Source: a virus (Duplodnaviria > Caudoviricetes). From it: a stretch of 64,000 nt of DNA. Both the position numbers and the translations under genes were made by a program. This document shows positions 47,385 through 57,617 of the stretch, one piece after another. The stretch lies in the IMG/VR virus record IMGVR_UViG_3300027286_000002; one strand, 5' to 3'. Below the pieces are notes generated by a model. It had not been told where the DNA came from, made no database searches, and saw nothing but the letters and a program-made list of their open reading frames with translations. Numbering within the stretch: the stretch's first letter is position 1; each line of letters opens with the position of its first letter.

Positions 47385-47778
47385 CCTTATTGATGTTGCG
47401 AAATACATTCTTGATACCTATAAAAGTACAACAGGCATAAAACTACATAAACTACTTTATTACTGCCAGCTAAACCACTATATGAAACATAATGGATTGC
47501 TTATGGATGATGCAGATTTTGTTCTTAAAGATAATGGCATCATTTGTAATACTCTTTACACTCATATCACTCAACTTGTATCAGGCAATGCGAACAGACT
47601 TACAAATGATGAAGTCTTGTCTATTAATAATACTTTAAATAGATATGGCAAATACACAATCCACGAATTGACTGCTCTTAATAAAAAAGAAATCCCTGTT
47701 GGTACTCTTATTTCTTTTCCTGCTATTCTTGATCTATATCTCTCATCATCTACTGCGACCAATCATACCACGAATTGA
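47377..47778 (+). CDS. Panacea/DUF4065 (SocA-like) antitoxin-domain protein, degenerate C-terminus
   Basis: LIDVAKYIL...IKLHKLLYYCQ N-terminal signature. Confidence 0.7.
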   Translation: MANLIDVAKYILDTYKSTTGIKLHKLLYYCQLNHYMKHNGLLMDDADFVLKDNGIICNTLYTHITQLVSGNANRLTNDEVLSINNTLNRYGKYTIHELTALNKKEIPVGTLISFPAILDLYLSSSTATNHTTN

Positions 47779-49587
47779 ATGTTTAGGTAATTTTGGTGCT
47801 ATACGATTTACTGCACTTCCTTCAGGCACTGCTCTGCCAAATACTAATCCTCTACCTAATGGTGATGATCTTGTTGAGCCACCACTAGACATAGATAAAA
47901 ATTTACCTTTACCTACATTTTGACTTGCTACCCAAAACATTCTCACTATCGCATCACTCATATCGTCATGCTTGCCTTCTGTTTGTGGTGCTTCTACTGT
48001 TATTAAATTCTTACTATGTACTGTCTGTTGCAATTCTAACATTTCTTGAATATATGGTTCATGTCCATCTACATCACAATTCTTTTTATTATATAACACC
48101 AATCTCTTATCCCACATCATATCTTTAAAGTTTTGAAACATTTGACTTGTTAATTGCTTTGTCATTTGTTGTGTCTTTAATTGTGTTATCCCTCGCTTAT
48201 TTAATGCTTGCTCAAATGGAATACCTGCCCATTGGTCAAATATCCCTTCTGTAATATAAAATTTCTTTGTGTAGTCTAAAACCCAATCTGCTACATCATC
48301 AAATTCTAATCTTTCTTTATCTGCATATTTACCTACACCTGCTTTAATCATATCTACTTTATCTAAAACTAACTTATCACCATCTAAATGTCCTATTGCT
48401 ACTGCACTACCATCACCTACCAAAGCAACATCTATTCCCATGAAATATGGTTTTCTTGCTACACCTCTTTCTACAGGTCTATGCTTTTCATCTACACAAG
48501 CTAATAAGTCTTTACTATCTTCTATCCAACCACGAGTTCTATCTGTAAATTCACCACCATATTCTGTAAAGAATACAGCTGGATTTTTTAAATAATGCTT
48601 TTCAAATTCTGTTGCAGGTACTGTTGGATTTACTTCCCATGTTGGTGCTTGCACACATAACATATTTTCTGATGCTTTGCCACCTTGCATACCAATTTGA
48701 AATAACTTATAAAACAAACCTTGTTTACCTAATGGTGATGAAATAGATATTACACGACCTTCTACGGGCCCAATAGGTATTCTACGATCTGTTGGATCTT
48801 TTGGTGAATAAGCTGATGTAGATGGTACAACTGCATTATATACTTCTTCTGCACCACTTTGACCTGTTTCGGTAAAGTGAGCGATCTCATCCATAATAAC
48901 ACAAATATTACCAGCACCACGAAGACCTTTAGCAACACAACTTCTAAATGTTACTTTTAAGGTAGCTTTGGCACTTGGATCTTCTATATACCTACCATAT
49001 CTTTCTACATCTTTAGGTGTTTGAAATCTAGCATAGGATTGTGTATTGTTTGCAGTGTAGGGTCCAAAGAAGGCACAATTGCGAAAGTGTCCAGAAACCT
49101 CGTTATATAGCAAACCTGCCTGATCTTTATCAGTAGCTACTGAAATGATCTGAATGTTATTACTTGCAGGCAATCCATAATACTCTTGTGGATCTTGTTT
49201 TCTAATAAGTTTATATGTTTCATAGGCGGCGATACAAGCAGAGATAGTTGTCTTACCCGATCTACGACCAATGGACAAAACCATTTCTCTTCTTTCTTTG
49301 CCCGGTATAACTTGACCAATATTACATCTACCTTCATCAAAGAGTAATTGTAGATATTCTTTTTCTGTAACATCTCTAAAATGTTGCCTTCGCCAATCAG
49401 AGATTTTAAATCTTTTCACATCATCTAGTTCAAGACCATAGTGTGCTTTAAGAATAACCTTTTGCACAGGGAATAAAGTCATACCTAGTCCCCAAGGTGC
49501 TTCAACAAAGTCAATAATATTTGCATCTTCTTTGGATTGAACACCTGCTTTGGCACTAGCTGAAATTGCAATCGTGGATAAAGCCAT
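47746..49587 (-). CDS. terL: terminase large subunit
   Basis: Walker A GRRSGKT, Walker B IMDEIAHF, nuclease MGIDVA and KHDDMSDA motifs. Confidence 0.92.
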   Translation of the reverse strand: MALSTIAISASAKAGVQSKEDANIIDFVEAPWGLGMTLFPVQKVILKAHYGLELDDVKRFKISDWRRQHFRDVTEKEYLQLLFDEGRCNIGQVIPGKERREMVLSIGRRSGKTTISACIAAYETYKLIRKQDPQEYYGLPASNNIQIISVATDKDQAGLLYNEVSGHFRNCAFFGPYTANNTQSYARFQTPKDVERYGRYIEDPSAKATLKVTFRSCVAKGLRGAGNICVIMDEIAHFTETGQSGAEEVYNAVVPSTSAYSPKDPTDRRIPIGPVEGRVISISSPLGKQGLFYKLFQIGMQGGKASENMLCVQAPTWEVNPTVPATEFEKHYLKNPAVFFTEYGGEFTDRTRGWIEDSKDLLACVDEKHRPVERGVARKPYFMGIDVALVGDGSAVAIGHLDGDKLVLDKVDMIKAGVGKYADKERLEFDDVADWVLDYTKKFYITEGIFDQWAGIPFEQALNKRGITQLKTQQMTKQLTSQMFQNFKDMMWDKRLVLYNKKNCDVDGHEPYIQEMLELQQTVHSKNLITVEAPQTEGKHDDMSDAIVRMFWVASQNVGKGKFLSMSSGGSTRSSPLGRGLVFGRAVPEGSAVNRIAPKLPKHSIRGMIGRSR

Positions 49588-49663
49588 AAATGAAACCTCC
49601 TTTATTTTATTTATCTATAATACCTATATAGATAAAACATTTAGAACAGGATTACATATAAAA

Positions 49664-50911
49664 ATGGCAATGACACAAAAACAATATGATGAAACCATCA
49701 AAGACCATTTTCTAAAAAAAATAGCTTTTGTTAAAGGCTATGTTACTAAAGATTGGACAGGTAATGGTGCATCTTATCCTTATGTTATTAAAAATAAATA
49801 TGGATATTGGTATCAAAGACCTGTTCAGATACCAGCGAATGATTATGGATTCCCATCCGAAATTACGATTGGTGGTTTGATACTACAATTAATAGAAGAT
49901 CACCAATCGGATTTGAAACTTTTAAATCCTCTTCCTAAGTATAAGTCTATGGAATATACAACTATTGGTTTTATTAATTTTATTATCAATAAAGATAGGA
50001 ATAAATTAAGATTAATTCCTAAAAACAAAGACAGCAATGCCTATGAAATATATCTTAGAAATATAAGTCCAAGGGCACACTCTGATTATGAAGATATTGT
50101 AAAAGATTTGGAAAATATAAAAACCTTAGTTTCTCAAATTAAACTTATTCTTACTTCTATAGATAGCAGTGAAGTAAGTGAAGATAGTGAAAGTGCTATT
50201 ATTAAATTAGCAAATGTTTCTCTACATATCATGTCAAATATGACTTTAAGCCAAACGATCGAATTTAAAAAAGCCTTATCTACAGCTATTGAAAAACTAA
50301 AAAACACACCTTTTAAAAAAGTTTTTTCTAATTCAGTAATCCTTGTTGGCACAGAAGACCAATCTGACTCTCCTCGTGGAAATGCTATTGCTCGTTATCG
50401 GGAATTAGCAGATCAAATTTTTTATTTTTTAAAATCGGATGGCAGTACTTATTCTAATAAAGAAATTTACATTACTTTGATTCATGAATACGGACATAGA
50501 TTTCATGCTCATTTTATGAAGAATGGTTATAATAATCCTAAAATCAAGAAATTATATTTAGAATCACAAGAAGGAACTAAAACTTGTTATCTTAAAAACC
50601 TACCAAAAATAGGTGATCCTCTTTCCGATTTAAGAGAAGATTGGTATTCTGTTAGAATGGCATCCAATGAATATTATTTAAAAAAGATAGTTGGTGATAA
50701 CTACATCTATGAGAATGAGCGAGGTAGGATTATAGTAGTTCCAAAGAAAGACATTCTTAAAAGAATCACCTGTCCTTCTCAATATGGGGCAAAAAATGAA
50801 AGGGAGTTTTTTGCTGAGATGTTTACTCTTATTGTTTTAGGTTTAGTAAAACCTAATCAAAAAGTACTAGCAGATAAGTTTATGAAAATCATAGAACAAG
50901 ATTCTATTTAA
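49664..50911 (+). CDS. zinc metallopeptidase, array member 1
   Basis: LIHEYGH...CYLKNLPKIGDPL...CPSQYGAKNEREFFAE; ATG 49664 after AGGA. Confidence 0.85.
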   Translation: MAMTQKQYDETIKDHFLKKIAFVKGYVTKDWTGNGASYPYVIKNKYGYWYQRPVQIPANDYGFPSEITIGGLILQLIEDHQSDLKLLNPLPKYKSMEYTTIGFINFIINKDRNKLRLIPKNKDSNAYEIYLRNISPRAHSDYEDIVKDLENIKTLVSQIKLILTSIDSSEVSEDSESAIIKLANVSLHIMSNMTLSQTIEFKKALSTAIEKLKNTPFKKVFSNSVILVGTEDQSDSPRGNAIARYRELADQIFYFLKSDGSTYSNKEIYITLIHEYGHRFHAHFMKNGYNNPKIKKLYLESQEGTKTCYLKNLPKIGDPLSDLREDWYSVRMASNEYYLKKIVGDNYIYENERGRIIVVPKKDILKRITCPSQYGAKNEREFFAEMFTLIVLGLVKPNQKVLADKFMKIIEQDSI

Positions 50912-50922
50912 ATATTCCTTTT

Positions 50923-50991
50923 ATTGCGAATAAGTTTATGGAAGGTCTTGCTGAGTATGCTGGTGAAAAAATAGGCAGTCAATTTCTTTAA
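50923..50991 (+). pseudogene. orphaned 3' end of a deleted array paralog, copy 1
   Basis: Translates IANKFMEGLAEYAGEKIGSQFL*, matching the (I/L)ADKFM C-terminal helix of array members. Confidence 0.7.
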
Positions 50992-51098
50992 AGATTATCA
51001 CTATCGTTCAAAGTGAATTGTCTTAAAACAGGTGTATTTAATATCTTATTTATAAACTTTGTTTAAATTAAACCACATTTAAACAAAGGTATTAAAAA

Positions 51099-52661
51099 AT
51101 GAAATTTTTAAAAAAAGCATATTCCGATGCAGAAGCACAGGTTATTGTTCAAGAATCAGAAACCTTACTAAATGACTTAACTAATACCTTATCCCTAGTG
51201 AAAACATTAGGATCAAGTGCATTATTTAATCCGATGAGTCCACTACGAGTAAAAATGAAATTATTACTAAAGCAGGTAGTTTCTCATCTTCCTCTTCAAA
51301 TGTTAACTATACTTATGGAAAAAAAAGAAATTCCTAGTAGTAAAGAAAGAGTGGCTTTAGGAAAAATTAAGACTCTTTTATCAAAGAAATCCTACAGCAC
51401 AGATGATTTTAGTATGTTCCAATCTGTTTTTACAGAGATGATTACATGGTGGAAAACTTGGAAAGATATCGATATGTCTGCTGAAGAAGGTGAAGATTTT
51501 TTTAAAGTTAAAGATATTAGAGTTCGTGTAACATCTAAAATCACACCTGCTCTTATGGTGGAATGTAAAGAAATTATTGAAAAAGCAGTGGAATTTATAA
51601 ATAAAAGCAATTTACCTAGATTTAAAGAAATGCTTAAGAACCTACAAATTTTTATCGTAGGTGGCAAAAAATCAAGCACCATTGCTTATTATAATCGTAT
51701 TGATGATTTTGTTTATTTACAACATCAATATATCAAATCTGAAGGAATTGAAGATAGTGTTCATAGTGTCATTCATGAACTTGGACACCGATATCTAAAT
51801 AAAATTGCAACAGACAGTCAAAAAACAGAATGGAAATCATTTTATAAAGATATCCAATCAAAACAATGGAGTTCTGATTCTGCAAAGTTTTATCCTCAAG
51901 TTGGCGACAGTCTTTCAAAAGATTTCAAAGTTAATACAAAACATAAATATCCTTTAGATGTTGTTAAAGAAGTAAGATTTGAACCCATGTTTGGTGAAAC
52001 TGTCCTTGTTCTTGAAAGTGGTGGCATGGTTTCAAGAGCAGGATTTAGAAAAACACTTGGTTTCCCAACTACATACTCAAGCGATTCACAAGATGAATTT
52101 TTCTGTGAAACTTTAGCTTTAATCCACATGAAAAAATTAAAACCTCTTTATGCAGATGTTAAAGCGAAATTCTTAGAGATTTGGCAAGGTGGTACTTCTG
52201 ATGATGATATTGTTGTTTATACACCACCTACAAAAACACCTGAAGTAAAGACAACACCTAAAGTTGTTGTTGTTCCACCTACACCTGTCACTTACACTGA
52301 ACCTACACCACCTAAAACTAGAAAACCTAGAACACCTAAAGCACCTGTACCTACACCTACACCTGTACCTACACCTGTACCTACACCTAAAGTACCTGTT
52401 GCTCCTGTGTTCACACCATCTGCACCTGTTGTTCAACAACCATCACCAACAGGATCAAAATTTAATCCATATGCAGATATACCTACCTATTTAAGTAGAT
52501 TTGAGAAAACATTAGCTAAAATCAAAATGACTAAAGATAGTTCTACTGAATGGGAAACTAAGTTTATGGCAAATATGATCAAGATGCTTAAACAAAATAT
52601 ACCATACACACCTAAACAACTTTTATGGATTGAAAAGACACTTCAAAAGTACTCTATCTAA
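51099..52661 (+). CDS. zinc metallopeptidase, array member 2, with Pro/Thr-rich linker and C-terminal helical domain
   Basis: VIHELGH...YPQVGDSL...TYSSDSQDEFFCE. Confidence 0.85.
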   Translation: MKFLKKAYSDAEAQVIVQESETLLNDLTNTLSLVKTLGSSALFNPMSPLRVKMKLLLKQVVSHLPLQMLTILMEKKEIPSSKERVALGKIKTLLSKKSYSTDDFSMFQSVFTEMITWWKTWKDIDMSAEEGEDFFKVKDIRVRVTSKITPALMVECKEIIEKAVEFINKSNLPRFKEMLKNLQIFIVGGKKSSTIAYYNRIDDFVYLQHQYIKSEGIEDSVHSVIHELGHRYLNKIATDSQKTEWKSFYKDIQSKQWSSDSAKFYPQVGDSLSKDFKVNTKHKYPLDVVKEVRFEPMFGETVLVLESGGMVSRAGFRKTLGFPTTYSSDSQDEFFCETLALIHMKKLKPLYADVKAKFLEIWQGGTSDDDIVVYTPPTKTPEVKTTPKVVVVPPTPVTYTEPTPPKTRKPRTPKAPVPTPTPVPTPVPTPKVPVAPVFTPSAPVVQQPSPTGSKFNPYADIPTYLSRFEKTLAKIKMTKDSSTEWETKFMANMIKMLKQNIPYTPKQLLWIEKTLQKYSI

Positions 52662-52714
52662 TATCTTATTTATATACATCTCTTAAATTAAACATTTGAA
52701 AAGAGAGATGTACC

Positions 52715-53839
52715 ATGAGTTCAATGAGTGATATTGAATTAGAACTAACAAAAAAACAAATTTTAGATGCTTTCAAACCTGTCAAAAAACGAACTAAAGA
52801 TTTTATGTTTGATCCTGAAAGTTATAGGTTAGCAAAATCTATCATTTCTTATTTAGAAAAAAACATACCAAAGTTAAAACTCAATAAACCTATATCTAGC
52901 TATATTACTTTTAAAAAAGAAATTGAAGATATTGATACTATAGGTTTAAATCCAAACGATAATATTAAGAGTAAGATCATAAATTTTACAGACACATTCG
53001 CTAAAGAAATCAAAAAGATTAAAATCACAGATACTCAAATTACAGAAAATCAAACCTCTTGGGAAGATGCCTCTAAACAAGAAATTGAGATTGTCATTCA
53101 ACAAGTACCTTCTTTAAATCTCAAATTCCTTTCGCAAGTCACTATGGATAATCTCATCAATTTTAAAACAAACATTCTTAAAGCTGTGGATAGAATCAAA
53201 ACATCACCTATCTCTAAACTACATAAAGCTGTCACAGGTGATTTAATTATTGCTACAGATAAAGACATTCAAAAAGAATATGGTATTAAAAAAACAAAAA
53301 CAGCTATTGCTTTTTATTCTCAAAACCATCAGATCGTTGTTTATTATATTGATGAAACTCAAAATGTAGATAAAAGAGAGATTTACATTTCTCTTATTCA
53401 TGAATTTGGTCATAAATTTCACGATAAATTCATGAAAGCAGGATTTGGAAGCACAGCAGTCAAAGTATTATATCTTGAAGCAATGAAATCTACAGAACAA
53501 TGTTACTTAGACCAATTACCTAAAATAGGTGATCCTCTTTCTAATTTAAGAGAAGATTGGTGGACAGTTAGGATGTCATCTGAAGATTATGTTTTAACTG
53601 AAATCCAAAAAAGTAACTTAGGTATTAAGTATGTCTACACTAACACGGAAGGTAAAACTATGCAAATAGATAAGAAAGACATTCTTAAACTAATAACTTG
53701 TCCTTCCCAATATGGAGCAAAAAACGAATTAGAATTTTTTGCTGAAATGGTAACACTTATCACTTTAGGATTAGTGAAACCATCTCAACAGGTTATTGCT
53801 GATAAGTTTATGGATATTATTAATAAGTATTCAATCTAG
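52715..53839 (+). CDS. zinc metallopeptidase, array member 3
   Basis: LIHEFGH...CPSQYGAKNELEFFAE. Confidence 0.85.
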   Translation: MSSMSDIELELTKKQILDAFKPVKKRTKDFMFDPESYRLAKSIISYLEKNIPKLKLNKPISSYITFKKEIEDIDTIGLNPNDNIKSKIINFTDTFAKEIKKIKITDTQITENQTSWEDASKQEIEIVIQQVPSLNLKFLSQVTMDNLINFKTNILKAVDRIKTSPISKLHKAVTGDLIIATDKDIQKEYGIKKTKTAIAFYSQNHQIVVYYIDETQNVDKREIYISLIHEFGHKFHDKFMKAGFGSTAVKVLYLEAMKSTEQCYLDQLPKIGDPLSNLREDWWTVRMSSEDYVLTEIQKSNLGIKYVYTNTEGKTMQIDKKDILKLITCPSQYGAKNELEFFAEMVTLITLGLVKPSQQVIADKFMDIINKYSI

Positions 53840-53857
53840 GCAAAAGAGAGATATATT

Positions 53858-54631
53858 ATGAACACCATGAGTGATATTGAATATGGATCAGATAGACTTA
53901 AAGCTGTTGTTATTGAAGTAGATGGTATTAAGATAAGCATTCAATCTCTTATCACAGAAAAAGACATAGAATTTTTTAAAGCACAATTATCTTTAGCAGG
54001 CAAGTATATAAGCCAATCCCCTATCCACTCTTTTAAAAAAGTTCTTTCTTCTGTATTCATTGATTTAGGTTCTCATGCTGACTTATATCAAAAATATAAT
54101 CAAAGTAAAAATACAGTAGCAGTATATAAAGGTAAAACTAAATCGATTGGTTTTTTCTTTGATTCAATAAAATCTCATCCAGCATACATTACTTTAATCC
54201 ATGAACTTGCACATCAGTTTCACCATACTTTGATTAAAAATAGCTTTGGGAATAAAGTTATTTTAGCTTTATTTAAAAGAGCAACCAATTCAAAGAGGCA
54301 ATGTGAATTATTCACTTTACCTAAAATAGGCGATCCCCTCTCTAACTTAAGGGAAAGTTGGTGGGCTGTTAAGAAAGGTTCAAGAGATGAATATTTATTA
54401 ACTAAAATCATTCGTGGTGTTTATTATTATGAGAATGGAAAAGGTGATGATACGATTTTTACTAAAGAAGAAATCATAGAGATGCTTGCCTGTCCATCTG
54501 AATATGGTGCTTCAAATGCAGAAGAATTTTTTGCTGAGATGGTAACACTTATTACTTTAGGATTAGTGAAACCTAGTCAACAATTAATAGCTGATAAGTT
54601 TATGAAAATCATAGAACAAGATTCTATTTAA
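53858..54631 (+). CDS. zinc metallopeptidase, array member 4 (minimal catalytic unit)
   Basis: LIHELAH...CPSEYGASNAEEFFAE. Confidence 0.85.
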   Translation: MNTMSDIEYGSDRLKAVVIEVDGIKISIQSLITEKDIEFFKAQLSLAGKYISQSPIHSFKKVLSSVFIDLGSHADLYQKYNQSKNTVAVYKGKTKSIGFFFDSIKSHPAYITLIHELAHQFHHTLIKNSFGNKVILALFKRATNSKRQCELFTLPKIGDPLSNLRESWWAVKKGSRDEYLLTKIIRGVYYYENGKGDDTIFTKEEIIEMLACPSEYGASNAEEFFAEMVTLITLGLVKPSQQLIADKFMKIIEQDSI

Positions 54632-54654
54632 ATAATCCTTTTATTTAATCTTCT

Positions 54655-54747
54655 TTGTAAACACCTAATCAACAAGTGATTGCGAATAAGTTTATGGAAG
54701 GTCTTGCTGAATATGCTGGTGAAAAAATAGGTAGTCAATTTCTTTAA
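54655..54747 (+). pseudogene. orphaned 3' end of a deleted array paralog, copy 2
   Basis: TPNQQVIANKFMEGLAEYAGEKIGSQFL* matches VKPNQKVLADKFM / VKPSQQVIADKFM. Confidence 0.75.
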
Positions 54748-54767
54748 AGAAAGAAAAGAGATATGTT

Positions 54768-55883
54768 ATGAACACAATGAGTGATATTGAATTTAAAAGA
54801 GCAAAAGAAGGGATTTTAAAACTCATCTCTAAGATTAGCAATATGACTATAGACGATGATGCTGAGAGTTTAGACTTGGGAAAAGCAATTTCAGCTATTG
54901 AAACCAATTTACCTAAACTAAAACTCACTTTTGAGAAAAGTTTTGAATTATCATCTATCATCAGTTCATATGAAAGAGAACTTAAAAAAAAACCAATATA
55001 TTTAAAAAACGAAAAAGCTGATCTGATTATGTTTTTGTCTTTTTTAAATAATTTTGCTAAGGAAATCGAAAAGATTAAAATCACAGACACTACCATTATT
55101 GAAAATAAGATGACTTGGGAAGATGCCTTAGATCAAGAAATCACTATTGTGATGCAAAAAGAACCTAACTTAAAGATCAAGATCATTTCGCCTGTATCTA
55201 TGGAAGACCTTTTAGACTTTAAGAAAAACATTCTTAGATCAATAGGTGCGATTAAAGCATCGCCTATTCCTAATTTTGATAAAGCATTAAAAGGTAATTT
55301 AATTTTAGGTACAGAGGCAGATATTAAAGAACAAACAGGTGTTACGACACCATATAAAGTAAGTGCTTTATATGATGAGAAAACAAACGATATTATCTAT
55401 TTTATAGATATTGCACCCTTTCAACCAGAAAGAGATATTTACACTACTTTTATACATGAGTTTGCACATAGATTCCATTACAACCATATTAAAGGTGGAT
55501 TTAAAAATCCTAAAATCAGAACACTATATGTTCAAGCATTTAGATCGGAAGAACAATGTTATTTAGACCAATTACCTAAAATAGGTGATCCTCTTTCTAA
55601 TTTAAGGGAAAATTGGTATACAGTTAGAAGGTCATCCGAAGAATGGATTTTATCTAAAATTAAAGATAACTCATATGCCTATAAAAACTCTAAGGGTGAA
55701 CTTAAGTATTTAGATAAGAAAGACATCCTTAGAAGGATAACCTGTCCAAGTCAATATGGTGCTAAAAATGAAGGTGAATTTTTTGCTGAAATGGTAACAC
55801 TTATCACTTTAGGATTAGTGAAACCATCTCAAAAATTAATAGCTGATAAGTTTATGGAAATTATTAATACAGAATTAATCTAA
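54768..55883 (+). CDS. zinc metallopeptidase, array member 5
   Basis: FIHEFAH...CPSQYGAKNEGEFFAE; N-terminal domain shared with member 3. Confidence 0.85.
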   Translation: MNTMSDIEFKRAKEGILKLISKISNMTIDDDAESLDLGKAISAIETNLPKLKLTFEKSFELSSIISSYERELKKKPIYLKNEKADLIMFLSFLNNFAKEIEKIKITDTTIIENKMTWEDALDQEITIVMQKEPNLKIKIISPVSMEDLLDFKKNILRSIGAIKASPIPNFDKALKGNLILGTEADIKEQTGVTTPYKVSALYDEKTNDIIYFIDIAPFQPERDIYTTFIHEFAHRFHYNHIKGGFKNPKIRTLYVQAFRSEEQCYLDQLPKIGDPLSNLRENWYTVRRSSEEWILSKIKDNSYAYKNSKGELKYLDKKDILRRITCPSQYGAKNEGEFFAEMVTLITLGLVKPSQKLIADKFMEIINTELI

Positions 55884-56032
55884 GCTGGTGGCAAAGTAGC
55901 ATCATGAATTTGTTTAGATAATTTCTCAAATCCTAATATATGAAAAACTTCACTTACAGGATGTCCAATTAAATTATGTAAAGACCATTGATATTTTTCA
56001 GGTAGTCTTGCGATTAGCTTTTGCATAGTCAT
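55880..56032 (-). CDS. small His-rich protein (50 aa, below the ORF-track cutoff)
   Basis: MTMQKLIARLPEKYQWSLHNLIGHPVSEVFHILGFEKLSKQIHDATLPPA*; AAAGGA SD and upstream TTGCCA / TATAAT-like boxes. Confidence 0.7.
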   Translation of the reverse strand: MTMQKLIARLPEKYQWSLHNLIGHPVSEVFHILGFEKLSKQIHDATLPPA

Positions 56033-56161
56033 ATCCTTTTATATGTTCTGTGTATCATTATTATATAGTGAAAAGAGTAAAAGAATGGCAAGCTGTTTTG
56101 AATCATAATCTTTTTATATATCTTATTCCTTATAGATATAAATTTAAAAAGGATAAAGATT

Positions 56162-57553
56162 ATGAATTGGGATGATGAACAACAAGTCTTAGAACAAGCT
56201 AAAAACTCAATATATGGAATTAGAGATGCTAGTCCTAGACTTAAAAACAATTTACCTTTTCTTTTAAAAGCTGTTAAAGGAAGAATCACAAATTTTAATT
56301 ATGCTTCTGAAGAACTTCAAAATAATGAAATCTTATATAACACTGTCAAAAAAACCATCTTATCCCAACCAATGGATTTAAGATATATACCTAAGAAATT
56401 TAAAGACGATAAAGAAATAATCTTAAAAGCAGTAAAAGATTATTATGGTAATTTTGAATATGCTAGTGACAGGTTAAAACAAGATGAAGATATTATCCGA
56501 ACCACTTTAAAAAGCATACCATCCGACAGATTATCTTTTTCAGAAGATTTTATAAAAAGTATGGATATTCAAAATCCTTATCTCATCTTAGATACTTTTA
56601 AAGAACATACCTTTGTAATAAACTATCTCAATGAGAAATTAAAATCAGATAAAACATTCATGCTTAATGCTATTAAAATAAATCCATACTTTTTTCTGTA
56701 TGCAGATGATAGTTTAAAGAACGATAGGATGTTTATCATAGATGCTATTAATATAAATCCTGATATCAGAATTATGGATGATAAGATACCTTTAGAAATA
56801 AGACAAGATCCTGAGATTGTTAAAGATGAAAATAGACAGGTCACAAAAGTTAAGCTACGAGAACTACCAATTAATCTCTTCTTTTTCAATATCAGTAAAG
56901 AAGAGATATTGATTTTCAGAAAGAATTTAAAAGAAACTATCCAGCTGATAAAATCATCTAAAATACCAAATTTCAGTGATGTCTTAAATGGCAACATTTA
57001 TATTGGTACTAGAGAAGATCTCATTCTTAATTTTGGTGGATCAGGCATAGATGAAAATGTAGGTGCTTACTATATTGAAAAAATAGGTGTCTTTTATATC
57101 CTACCAACAAAAATAGGAAGTGTTAGTACTCTCATCCACGAACTTGCACATAAATACCATTATACTTTGATTAAGGATGGATATCGAAATTATGCAATCA
57201 TGCAATTTTTCCGATTTTCCCAATATAGAGAATGTAGTTTTCCACAGGTAGGTGATCCACTTTCAGATCTAAGGGAAGATTGGTGGATTGTTAAGAAAAT
57301 GGCATCTGATGAATACTATTTAAAAAGAATACTCTCTAATAATGCCTATGAATATGAGAATAAGAACAAAGATAAAAAAGTCATACCTTATGGTAAAATG
57401 ATTGAACTAATCAACTGTCCTTCTCAATATGGTGCTAAAAACCATAAAGAGTTTGTTGCTGAGTTGTGTACTCTTATCACTTTAAATAAAATGAAATCAT
57501 CTATGCAAAAACTAGCTGATGACTTTATCCGTATGCTTGAGGAAGAAATCTAA
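56162..57553 (+). CDS. zinc metallopeptidase with DUF4116-like helical repeats, array member 6
   Basis: NWDDEQQVL, DDKEIILKAV and YADDSLKNDR repeats; LIHELAH...CPSQYGAKNHKEFVAE. Confidence 0.85.
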   Translation: MNWDDEQQVLEQAKNSIYGIRDASPRLKNNLPFLLKAVKGRITNFNYASEELQNNEILYNTVKKTILSQPMDLRYIPKKFKDDKEIILKAVKDYYGNFEYASDRLKQDEDIIRTTLKSIPSDRLSFSEDFIKSMDIQNPYLILDTFKEHTFVINYLNEKLKSDKTFMLNAIKINPYFFLYADDSLKNDRMFIIDAININPDIRIMDDKIPLEIRQDPEIVKDENRQVTKVKLRELPINLFFFNISKEEILIFRKNLKETIQLIKSSKIPNFSDVLNGNIYIGTREDLILNFGGSGIDENVGAYYIEKIGVFYILPTKIGSVSTLIHELAHKYHYTLIKDGYRNYAIMQFFRFSQYRECSFPQVGDPLSDLREDWWIVKKMASDEYYLKRILSNNAYEYENKNKDKKVIPYGKMIELINCPSQYGAKNHKEFVAELCTLITLNKMKSSMQKLADDFIRMLEEEI

Positions 57554-57617
57554 TCACTCATAATCTTTTTATATATCTTATCTTATATATATATCTACAT
57601 AAGAAAGGACAAAGATT

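Noticed and set aside
52200-52450. ACACCT-type short tandem repeats as a phase-variable or regulatory element
   Set aside because: They encode an in-frame Pro/Thr/Val linker in array member 2.
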